Of a stretch of 64,000 nt of DNA, positions 27,342-35,083 are shown in pieces. The translations under genes and the position numbers were made by a program. Position 1 is the stretch's first letter. Every line of letters begins with the position of its first letter. The notes under the pieces are model-generated. The model was not told where the DNA came from. It was given only the letters and a program-made list of their open reading frames with translations, and did not search any database. The stretch is from an uncultured Cryomorphaceae bacterium (lineage in GTDB: Bacteria; Bacteroidota; Bacteroidia; Flavobacteriales; Schleiferiaceae): positions 9,155 through 73,154 of the forward strand of contig CACMMX010000008.1 of NCBI GenBank assembly GCA_902614915.1, in the 5' to 3' direction.

Positions 27342-27707
27342 GAATCTTTCATTCCAGTTGACTAGTGTATGCCACTCACTTGGTAACCCAGACTTGAGGT
27401 AAACTGTAATTATTCTCTCAATGAATTTGAATTGAATTTCCAACGCTTAAATAGATTTCGGAAAAACCAATTATTTCTTCAAATAAAAAAACTAGTATTT
27501 GCAGAAAATTAGGTTGGTTTTTTTGATATGTACTGGTTTCAAATTCTTCAATAATGGAATATTGAAATATCAAGGATTCTTGATTCGGAATATCAGCGGC
27601 TTCATTGAGTGATATGCTTTTCATAGCTGGTATTCTCTATTATTCATGAACCTGGTTAAAAATACTGATTTAAAACTTTGCCGATAGGCTAATATCTTCT
27701 TGGAAAA

Positions 27708-28844
27708 CTAAAGGTTTTGAATCGTCTCAAAATTGAGCTTCTGGAAGTAGAAATCGAGAATCTCTTTCCAAGAAAACCCACCAAGAGCCATACGCATCGC
27801 ACCTTGCTGAGCCATACCCACGCCATGACCGAAGCCGTAGCCTTCAAGATGTATGTTACTAGCCACCACGCTAGCGGTAAAGTAAGCACTACGCAACTTG
27901 AAATGACGGCGCAAGGTCTCTAATTTCCAAATTTGGTTGCCAATGTTATAATGCGTTTGACGCCCCTCAGGCAACCCTGCGAAAAAGACGTTCCAATCAA
28001 ACTCTGCAGATACTAAGAAGTAGGCATTCCAGTCGGCTAAAGGAATATCCTTAGCCCAGCGGTACTTGCTCTCTTTCTTACTAAAGGGATCAAAAACAGC
28101 CCTACAATACGTCAAATCTTGCGACCACACATCCTGCGGAAGAACCGTCTGTCCGCCACTGTTGCTGTGGTAAAAACCAATAATAGGCTTGCCGCTATAC
28201 GTTGCTATCGTATCTTTCGTATCGGCTACAGCCATAGAGATTATGGAGGCATATTTTCCATGCGGAACACCTTTGAACGCCTGAGAACTCTGGTCGTCCT
28301 TAATGTGAAACCCTTCTTTTTTGTGCTTGCTCATATTTGTAATGAGCCAGGTTCGTGCCAGCACAGCTTGCGCTTTATGGTACTCAGACTCCGCCGAAAC
28401 ACCGCCTTCAGCTTCAACCACACCCGCGATGTAGGGCTCCACTGGCACGTTCACTATGGTCTCTAAATAGATGAGGTTAGAACGAATCGTCACCTTCCCT
28501 AAGTAGGGCCTTGTTGGGGTCCAATTCTTTCCACGCCAAACACGTATTTCTATAGTGTCGTTTGTTGTGAAGATGATAGAGTCACACCCTGCTCTATTTA
28601 GCCTTAAATCCCCACGAAAAGTATATAGGGGGTGTACATCGTCCACACCATACTCCTTGATGAAGGTGCTATCCGGCGTATAAGCCGTTAATTTGAATGA
28701 TCCGCTTTTCACCTTAATTTGCATCCTACTGTATTCTTGCTCAGCAAAAGTCAATACTCTAGGTCCAGCGGCGTATGTCTTCACCAACTGCCCATAGCTA
28801 GGTAACGAGCAACAAAGATAAAAAGACAAAAAAAGGTATCTCAT
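27708..28844 (-). CDS. SpoIID/LytB domain protein (peptidoglycan-lytic accessory)
   Basis: 378 aa with a signal peptide. Has the motifs YHSNSGGQT and GYGFGHGVGMAQQGAMRMA. Confidence 0.75.
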   Translation of the reverse strand: MRYLFLSFYLCCSLPSYGQLVKTYAAGPRVLTFAEQEYSRMQIKVKSGSFKLTAYTPDSTFIKEYGVDDVHPLYTFRGDLRLNRAGCDSIIFTTNDTIEIRVWRGKNWTPTRPYLGKVTIRSNLIYLETIVNVPVEPYIAGVVEAEGGVSAESEYHKAQAVLARTWLITNMSKHKKEGFHIKDDQSSQAFKGVPHGKYASIISMAVADTKDTIATYSGKPIIGFYHSNSGGQTVLPQDVWSQDLTYCRAVFDPFSKKESKYRWAKDIPLADWNAYFLVSAEFDWNVFFAGLPEGRQTHYNIGNQIWKLETLRRHFKLRSAYFTASVVASNIHLEGYGFGHGVGMAQQGAMRMALGGFSWKEILDFYFQKLNFETIQNL

Positions 28845-28845
28845 T

Positions 28846-29910
28846 TTAATCGTTGAATAAGGCTAAAATACGCGGTACCGCATCTTTTATCAAACTCCGC
28901 TTGCCCATGTACGAACGAAATCGCTCAATATCAATTAATTGTTCACTAGGTGACGATTCAATCAATGCCTTGAGATTTGCAACCGTTACCTGACCTTGCA
29001 AAAATTCAGGAACCATAGCTTTATCCATAATTAGGTTGGGTAGAGACATGGACCGAACATTAACGAGTTGTTTTGCAATAGCTAGCGAAATCAAGTTCGC
29101 CTTATACACAACTGCCTGTGGGATACCTAAGAGTGCAATTTCTAAGGAAGCTGTCCCACTGCAAGTTAGTGCATATTGAGCGCCTTTAGCAACTTCAACA
29201 ATCTCCCTGTCTTCAATAATAATATTTGACGCCAATACTTTTTTAGGCCAGCATGAACGAACTGAAGGTGCTCGGACAACATAAAAGCTATATTGAGTTA
29301 ATTCTTTGGCTAGAGAATTAAAAACAGGCAGTAAACGTGAAATTTCTTGAACGCGAGATCCCGGCAAAAGCACTACTTTCTTGCTACCTGATTTATAGTG
29401 ATTTAATCCTACGTATTTTTCCATTAAGGGATTACCCACGTAATGGACTTGTTCACCTCTAGATGCATACCAAGACTCTTCGAAAGGAAGTATACTCAGT
29501 ACTTCATCTGAATGCTGCATCAAGGATGTTAATCTACTTTCATTCCATGCCCATATTTTAGGTGGAATGAAGTAAACTACTCGCAGACCTTTACCTTTTG
29601 CCCACTTGGCTATCCGAAGGTTAAAACCTGCATAATCCACTAAAATCAATACTTGTGTGCCGAATTCAACAATGTCTTTTTTAACTTGATTAGACAATTT
29701 CATGATGGTTTTCGCTCTTAACACAACTTCCACAAATCCCATGAAGGGCTGTCCTGGTAAATCAAACTTCTGCTGCATCCCCGCGGCAGTCATCTTTGAG
29801 CCGCCCCATCCTGCCTGCATGATATTTGGATTAGCTTGGTGAAGGGCTCTAACTAAAGAGCCCGCTTGCAAGTCGCCCGATGGCTCACCAGCTATCCAAA
29901 AAACTCTCAT
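28846..29910 (-). CDS. lpxB: Lipid-A-disaccharide synthase
   Basis: 354 aa. Has the N-terminal AGEPSGDLQA motif, VDYAGFNLR and LPGSR motifs, and classic surE-lpxB synteny. Confidence 0.85.
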   Translation of the reverse strand: MRVFWIAGEPSGDLQAGSLVRALHQANPNIMQAGWGGSKMTAAGMQQKFDLPGQPFMGFVEVVLRAKTIMKLSNQVKKDIVEFGTQVLILVDYAGFNLRIAKWAKGKGLRVVYFIPPKIWAWNESRLTSLMQHSDEVLSILPFEESWYASRGEQVHYVGNPLMEKYVGLNHYKSGSKKVVLLPGSRVQEISRLLPVFNSLAKELTQYSFYVVRAPSVRSCWPKKVLASNIIIEDREIVEVAKGAQYALTCSGTASLEIALLGIPQAVVYKANLISLAIAKQLVNVRSMSLPNLIMDKAMVPEFLQGQVTVANLKALIESSPSEQLIDIERFRSYMGKRSLIKDAVPRILALFND

Positions 29911-30207
29911 TTAGCTCAAAATGAATTGAAATAGAACTACAGCTGCTACTGAAGGTAAACAGCTCAATAGAATTCCTCGTGCTACACGGTCCTTCTCAAA
30001 ATTGATTGCAGTAAAAAACAAAACGGCATTGATTATCACACCAAAGGTAACGGCCCGCACGACAACAAATCGCCACGTCGGGTTGTCAATATCTCCAATA
30101 TCCGCAGGCATCGGATAATTTTCCAAAGCAATGGAAATGCTAAATATGGGCGCCCCAACACCTATAAAAAATCCAGCGAAATAATCCAATATCCTTCTAT
30201 TCTTCAA
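29911..30207 (-). CDS. Small membrane protein, unknown function
   Basis: 98 aa with 3 hydrophobic segments. Packed with no gap between surE and lpxB. Confidence 0.5.
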   Translation of the reverse strand: MKNRRILDYFAGFFIGVGAPIFSISIALENYPMPADIGDIDNPTWRFVVVRAVTFGVIINAVLFFTAINFEKDRVARGILLSCLPSVAAVVLFQFILS

Positions 30208-30970
30208 AATCCCATTTTTTTAATGCAGAAACGGCGTGATGTGCAGTGAGGTCAACAGCTATGGGTACCACGGTAATGTAACCTTCATCTAAGGCCGCAA
30301 TATCCGTATCCTCCCCATTATCGTAATTCACAAACTTTCCGGTCAGCCAATAGTATGGACGACCGAATGGATCAATACGTTCGTCCAATTCCTCTTCCCA
30401 ATTTCCTATGGCCATGCGACACACCCGAATTCCTTTGTAAGGCGCTTTCGTATTTTCCGGAATATTTACGTTTAGGCATATACCCGTCGTTAATCCATTT
30501 TCAATCACTCTTAAAATGATTTTATAAATCGCCGGTTTTGCTGCCACAAAACTTGCTTCCCAAGAAAACTCGCACAAACTAAAACCTATAGACGGAATAC
30601 GCTTCAATGCTCCTTCAACTGCAGCACTCATCGTTCCGCTGTAAATCACATTTACTGAAGCATTAGAACCGTGATTGATACCACTTAGAATCAAATCCGG
30701 TCGACGCGGCAATATCTTATTCACGGCTAATTTTACACAGTCTGCTGGTGTTCCGCTGACCTTAAACTCTTTTTGTAGCCCTGTACTTTTTACTTCATTG
30801 ACCCTAAGGCTAACATCCAATGAAATGGCATGTCCCTTTCCACTCATGGGGCTATCTGGTGCCACCACCCAAACCTCACCAAAGTTTTTTGCAATGTCCG
30901 TGAGTACTTTTATTCCCGGCGCAGAAATACTGTCATCATTAGTAACTAGAATAAGAGGTTTTTTTGTCAT
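30197..30970 (-). CDS. surE: 5'/3'-nucleotidase SurE
   Basis: 257 aa with the ILVTNDDSISAPGI N-terminal motif, SGINHGSN and YSGTMSAA. Confidence 0.9.
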   Translation of the reverse strand: MTKKPLILVTNDDSISAPGIKVLTDIAKNFGEVWVVAPDSPMSGKGHAISLDVSLRVNEVKSTGLQKEFKVSGTPADCVKLAVNKILPRRPDLILSGINHGSNASVNVIYSGTMSAAVEGALKRIPSIGFSLCEFSWEASFVAAKPAIYKIILRVIENGLTTGICLNVNIPENTKAPYKGIRVCRMAIGNWEEELDERIDPFGRPYYWLTGKFVNYDNGEDTDIAALDEGYITVVPIAVDLTAHHAVSALKKWDFEE

Positions 30971-31061
30971 CTTTAGATCTGATTTATGCCAAAGTTACAT
31001 GGAAACATTCTGCGGCATAAGATTTGAGTCTTGTTATTAACGAAATTTTTATAACATCCTT

Positions 31062-31739
31062 ATGTTCGCTGTAATCATTCTATTTGTTGTTGCTGGCCTT
31101 GTAGTGCAGCAAAGACTAAAAGCTAAATTCAAAAAATATTCACTAGAGGGGCTGAGCAACGGTATGTCTGGCGCAGAAATCGCGCAAAGAATGTTGGACG
31201 ACCACGGCATTCATGACGTCCGTATTGAAAGCGTAGCAGGTAAATTGACAGACCACTATAATCCTGCGAATAAAACAGTGAACCTAAGTCCTGAGGTCTA
31301 TTCAGGAAGAAGTGTTTCTGCTGCAGCTGTTGCGGCTCATGAAGTTGGACACGCCGTTCAACATGCACAAAGCTACCGGTGGTTAGAGATGCGTTCACAG
31401 CTTGTACCAATGGTGCAGTTTAGCGGCCGAATCATGAATATTGTCATTTGGTCCATGATTTTAGGTGTTGGGTTTTTAGGGATATTCGGAGTAAACACGG
31501 CTATTTGGGTGCTGATAGCGGCTCAATTGGCAATTACAACCTTTTCTCTAGTTACACTTCCGGTTGAATATAATGCTTCTAATCGTGCACTTGCATGGTT
31601 AACAACAAGCGGCTTAATCACTTCTAGTGAACATGAAAAGGCAAATGATGCCTTAAGTTGGGCAGCACGCACCTACCTAATAGCTGCTTTGGCCTCAATG
31701 GCACAACTAGCATATTACTTTACACTTCTGCGCGATTAA
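31062..31739 (+). CDS. Membrane zinc metallopeptidase (Zn_peptidase_2-like)
   Basis: 225 aa with HEVGHAVQH zinc motif, DHYNPANKTVNLS and TM segments at both ends. Confidence 0.75.
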   Translation: MFAVIILFVVAGLVVQQRLKAKFKKYSLEGLSNGMSGAEIAQRMLDDHGIHDVRIESVAGKLTDHYNPANKTVNLSPEVYSGRSVSAAAVAAHEVGHAVQHAQSYRWLEMRSQLVPMVQFSGRIMNIVIWSMILGVGFLGIFGVNTAIWVLIAAQLAITTFSLVTLPVEYNASNRALAWLTTSGLITSSEHEKANDALSWAARTYLIAALASMAQLAYYFTLLRD

Positions 31740-31761
31740 CACAAGCGCAAATTGAATACAA

Positions 31762-31796
31762 AATCCCCGTACGGCTGAGCCACACGGGGGTTTTTG
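31762..31796. terminator. Hairpin between convergent genes
   Basis: AAATCCCCGT-(13 nt loop)-ACGGGGGTTTTT. A 6-bp GC-rich stem with a flanking A run and T run. Confidence 0.5.
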
Positions 31797-31821
31797 ATTA
31801 ACCATATTTTATTATTTGGGG

Positions 31822-32538
31822 CTACTGCAAATCATTTAAATTACCAACTCCTACGTGTCTAACAGCAATCAAGGGCTCCGCATAATCTGCTCCAATTATT
31901 CTTCCCCAATCTTGGGCGCGTGCTATTACCGATTGAAAGAATCTTTCACTAGAAATTAACGTTTGTGGCTCCTGGCTATCCGGATTAAAGAATTGGCTTT
32001 TATGAGCGCGAATGGAGGCCATTTTCTTCTCAAAACCAGTACTAATATCCACCACAACTTGCGGCTCTAAGTTGTAGAATTGAAGGTACTTGTACATATT
32101 TTTGGGACGCCACGGTTCAAGTTCAGTACCATTTACCTCCAATTGAATTTTATGCAAGCCAGCTAAAAAACAAGATTCTTCAACCAACCTTGAAGCTCTA
32201 CCGTGATCGGGATGACGGTCCGTGGGGGCATTCATCAATACAATATTAGGCCGATATTTACGAATCATTTTAGCCACATTTAACTGACTTTTATGATCGT
32301 AATCGACATGACCATCGGGCATTCCTAAGTTTTCACGGACCGCACAACCTAAAATCTCTGCTGCTTTTTTTGATTCCTCGAGTCGGATTTCAGCTGTGCC
32401 CCGAGTCCCCATTTCTCCTTTGGTCAAATCCACAATGCCCGTGGTTAACCCTTTTGTCGCATGAGTGGCAAGAATTCCTCCGGCACCTAATTCAACATCA
32501 TCAGGATGAGCCCCAAAGGCAAGGATATCTAATTTCAT
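31822..32538 (-). CDS. bshB1: Bacillithiol biosynthesis deacetylase BshB1 (LmbE family)
   Basis: 238 aa. Has AFGAHPDDVELGAGG, VDLTKGEMGTRGT and HPDHGRA motifs of the LmbE/BshB1 family. Confidence 0.75.
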   Translation of the reverse strand: MKLDILAFGAHPDDVELGAGGILATHATKGLTTGIVDLTKGEMGTRGTAEIRLEESKKAAEILGCAVRENLGMPDGHVDYDHKSQLNVAKMIRKYRPNIVLMNAPTDRHPDHGRASRLVEESCFLAGLHKIQLEVNGTELEPWRPKNMYKYLQFYNLEPQVVVDISTGFEKKMASIRAHKSQFFNPDSQEPQTLISSERFFQSVIARAQDWGRIIGADYAEPLIAVRHVGVGNLNDLQ

Positions 32539-33119
32539 AACTGTTTATTTCCAATTACAAAGTTCGTGATTTCTGAACTCAGTGGACTCGTTCGACTATG
32601 ATAATGTGCAAACCACTTACCGTTTTCATCAACTAAAAACTTATTAAAGTTCCAGCTTACTTTGGTGTCTACTAAACCGTTTTGACTTTTATTACAGAGC
32701 CATTGATACACTTCGTGTCCCCTTGTTTTACTAGTTTTTACCTTTGCCATCATTTGAAATGTGACACCATAATTATTGCTGCAAAAGGATTTAATTTCAG
32801 CAGCTGATCCCGGTTCTTGAAATCCGAAATCATTGGAAGGAAAACCGAGAATAACAAAACCATCTCCACCGTATTGTTCGTGCAATTTCTGAAGTTGTTG
32901 GTATTGACGGGTGAAGCCGCATTTAGAGGCCACATTTACAATCAAAACTCGTTTTCCTTTAAGTTGCTTAAAAGGAAATTCTTCTCCATCAATAGTTTTG
33001 GCCTTTAAAGTGTAAAAATCAATATATTCCATAGCGTTTTTCGAGTATGATGATTGAGTCACTTGAACAGGTTCATTCCCACAAGCTAGCAAAGCAATTA
33101 AAAATAGAGGGTACTTCAT
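32535..33119 (-). CDS. Glutathione peroxidase family protein with a lipoprotein signal
   Basis: Has the active-site NVASKCGFT (Cys, not Sec), plus GFPSNDFGFQEPG and WNFNKFLV. The start is set at MKYPLFLIALLACG (lipobox). Overlaps the bshB1 start by 4 nt. Confidence 0.8.
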   Translation of the reverse strand: MKYPLFLIALLACGNEPVQVTQSSYSKNAMEYIDFYTLKAKTIDGEEFPFKQLKGKRVLIVNVASKCGFTRQYQQLQKLHEQYGGDGFVILGFPSNDFGFQEPGSAAEIKSFCSNNYGVTFQMMAKVKTSKTRGHEVYQWLCNKSQNGLVDTKVSWNFNKFLVDENGKWFAHYHSRTSPLSSEITNFVIGNKQL

Positions 33120-33172
33120 TTTTCGTGTTGAATTATATTGACAGAACAAGAACAGACCACTAAAGTTTGTAG

Positions 33173-33180
33173 TAAATTTG
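33173..33180 (+). promoter_or_regulatory. Candidate -7 promoter box for the ccm operon
   Basis: TAAATTTG lies 18 nt upstream of the ATG at 33198. Confidence 0.4.
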
Positions 33181-33197
33181 GAGATTCACTGTTACCC

Positions 33198-33851
33198 ATG
33201 TCAAACATTCGTTTACTTATACAACGTTACATAAGGCAGGAGATTAGAAATTCCAATGCAATTTTCTCCCTTGGAATCTATCTAATGGGAATTACATATC
33301 TCATATACCAACTTGGAGGCAGTAACGCCTCTGACAATTCATGGAATACATTACTATGGGTAGTTGTATTTTTTGCTTGTATAATGCAGGCAAGTCGAAG
33401 TTTTGAGCTTGAAAGCCGTGATTATTTCTACTACTATCAATGTATAGCTGGCCCGAAAGAAACTATTGTAGCCAAACTCATTTACAACAGCTTGTATATG
33501 CTGTTCCTTTCAGTGATAATATGGGGCTTGTTTAGTTTATTTTATGGCAATGAAGTTTCCCGACCTACTGTTTTTGCCTTAGGGCTTATTTTGGGTTGCG
33601 TAGGATTTAGCAGTATTCTCACTTTAGCCAATGGTATTGCCGAACGCTCAGGGAGAAGCACCACGTTGAGCACTATTTTAGCCTTGCCGTTGACGCTTCC
33701 TATTTTAAAATTAGTAAGTACCATAAACATGCATGCAATGGTAGGCGCACCTTTTGATGAAACAGCAGCAATTATTGGTTCACTTGTTACATTAGATATT
33801 GCAATTGGCCTTCTTGCCTACATGCTCTTTCCATATCTTTGGCAGGATTAA
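33198..33851 (+). CDS. ccmB: Heme exporter permease CcmB-like
   Basis: About 217 aa and 6 TM. It is the first gene of the ccmBCDEF-ordered cluster. The start is placed at MSNIRLL, downstream of the -7 box. Confidence 0.6.
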   Translation: MSNIRLLIQRYIRQEIRNSNAIFSLGIYLMGITYLIYQLGGSNASDNSWNTLLWVVVFFACIMQASRSFELESRDYFYYYQCIAGPKETIVAKLIYNSLYMLFLSVIIWGLFSLFYGNEVSRPTVFALGLILGCVGFSSILTLANGIAERSGRSTTLSTILALPLTLPILKLVSTINMHAMVGAPFDETAAIIGSLVTLDIAIGLLAYMLFPYLWQD

Positions 33852-33859
33852 AATTGAGT

Positions 33860-34510
33860 ATGCAGCAAACCTTTTACAAAGTTATTGGAGTACTTTTGGT
33901 TATTTACAGTCTCATCTTTGGCCTGTTAACCTCGATACCCGAATTGCCTATTATTGAAGAAAGCATTAGAAACCTGTTTTACCATGTCAGTATGTGGTTT
34001 GCTATGGTGGCGATGATGGCGGGGAGCTTTGCCTATTCCATTACATTTTTAAGGAAAGAAAAAATACAAGCTGACCATAGAACGGAAGCGCTTACAGAAA
34101 CGGGAATGCTCTTCGCATTTCTTGGCCTATTTACCGGGATGATCTGGGCACGATTTACATGGGGCGCGTGGTGGACCAATGACCCCAAGCTTAACGGTAG
34201 TGCCATTACCATACTCATCTATTTGGCTTACTTCATTTTGCGAAATGGCATTGAAGATGAACGTAAAAAAGCAAGAATTAGCGCAGTATATAACATTTTT
34301 GCCTTTGTGATGATGATTGTTTTCATTGGTATTTTACCACGAATGACGGACAGCTTACATCCCGGTAATGGAGGTAATCCAGGCTTTAACTCATATGATT
34401 TGGATAATCGACTTCGATTAATCTTTTACCCAGCGGTGATTGGATGGGTCCTAATGGGAACATGGATCGCCTCTTTGCGTTATAGAATAAAGAAATTAAG
34501 CAATTCATGA
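33860..34510 (+). CDS. ccmC: Cytochrome c biogenesis heme-handling protein CcmC
   Basis: Has the tryptophan-rich WWD-type motif WGAWWTNDPKL and 6 TM segments. The ATG at 33860 is preferred over the TTG at 33839. Confidence 0.8.
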   Translation: MQQTFYKVIGVLLVIYSLIFGLLTSIPELPIIEESIRNLFYHVSMWFAMVAMMAGSFAYSITFLRKEKIQADHRTEALTETGMLFAFLGLFTGMIWARFTWGAWWTNDPKLNGSAITILIYLAYFILRNGIEDERKKARISAVYNIFAFVMMIVFIGILPRMTDSLHPGNGGNPGFNSYDLDNRLRLIFYPAVIGWVLMGTWIASLRYRIKKLSNS

Positions 34511-34695
34511 AAAATATCTTTTTGATTTTTATGGCCACTGCGCCAATGTCGCTTTTAGCTCAATCCGAAAACTTCATGTACAGAGAAGGGAAAATCTACG
34601 TAGTTATCGCTGTAATAGCTGTTATTTTCTTGGGGTTAGCAGGATATTTGTATCGAATAGATCGTAAAATTTCAGCCTTGGAAAATGAAAAATAG
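34507..34695 (+). CDS. ccmD: CcmD-like small membrane protein
   Basis: 62 aa with a single TM segment (VVIAVIAVIFLGLAGYLY) followed by RIDRKISALE. Its position between ccmC and ccmE, with overlapping junctions, supports the call. Confidence 0.6.
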   Translation: MKNIFLIFMATAPMSLLAQSENFMYREGKIYVVIAVIAVIFLGLAGYLYRIDRKISALENEK

Positions 34696-35080
34696 TCAAA
34701 TTGCCATCATTGTTGCCATTGCCATCCTAATTGGATACTCCTTGGTTCGTTTGGGCAACAGTTCTACCTACAGTAGTTTTGAAGATGCTTTAGCGCTAAA
34801 TGGCGAAAAAACTACAGTAATTGGCTTTTTAGATTTGGAAGGCACTATGGATTTCAACCCAGAAACCGTTCAATTCTCCTTTACGGCCAAAGACAAAAAA
34901 GGTAACATTAGCAAGGTTATCTATAACCAACCCAAACCTCAGGATTTTGAGCGTTCTGAAGAAATAACTATGACTGGGTACGGAACAGATAGTGCGTTTA
35001 TAGCTACTGAAATTTTAATGAAATGCCCTTCAAAGTACAACGAACAGAACGAGGTAGATTCGGATAAGATTTACAAATAA
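34685..35080 (+). CDS. ccmE: Cytochrome c maturation heme chaperone CcmE, Cys-variant (CxxxY)
   Basis: 131 aa with an N-terminal TM anchor and an OB-fold-length body. The C-terminal motif is ILMKCPSKY, where canonical CcmE has HxxxY. The Cys114 codon TGC is at 35024..35026. Confidence 0.75.
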   Translation: MKNSQIAIIVAIAILIGYSLVRLGNSSTYSSFEDALALNGEKTTVIGFLDLEGTMDFNPETVQFSFTAKDKKGNISKVIYNQPKPQDFERSEEITMTGYGTDSAFIATEILMKCPSKYNEQNEVDSDKIYK

Positions 35081-35083
35081 ACT

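Noticed and set aside
28119-28466. 115-aa plus-strand ORF, along with similar nested ORFs at 3272..3469, 3552..3812, 3784..4002, 15333..15686, 22607..22906, 24788..25066, 30675..31040, 42894..43259, 45777..46085, 54009..54273 and 56938..57291.
   Set aside because: All are embedded in, or antisense to, genes with strong family motifs. Their translations are Arg/Ser/Leu-rich or otherwise shadow-ORF-like. None has an independent promoter box or conserved motif.
32535-33149. Selenocysteine recoding in the glutathione peroxidase or MsrB homologs, and the longer gpx start at 33149.
   Set aside because: Both active sites are encoded by ordinary Cys codons with no in-frame TGA. The extension MFCQYNSTRK precedes a perfect lipoprotein signal that begins at the Met at 33119.
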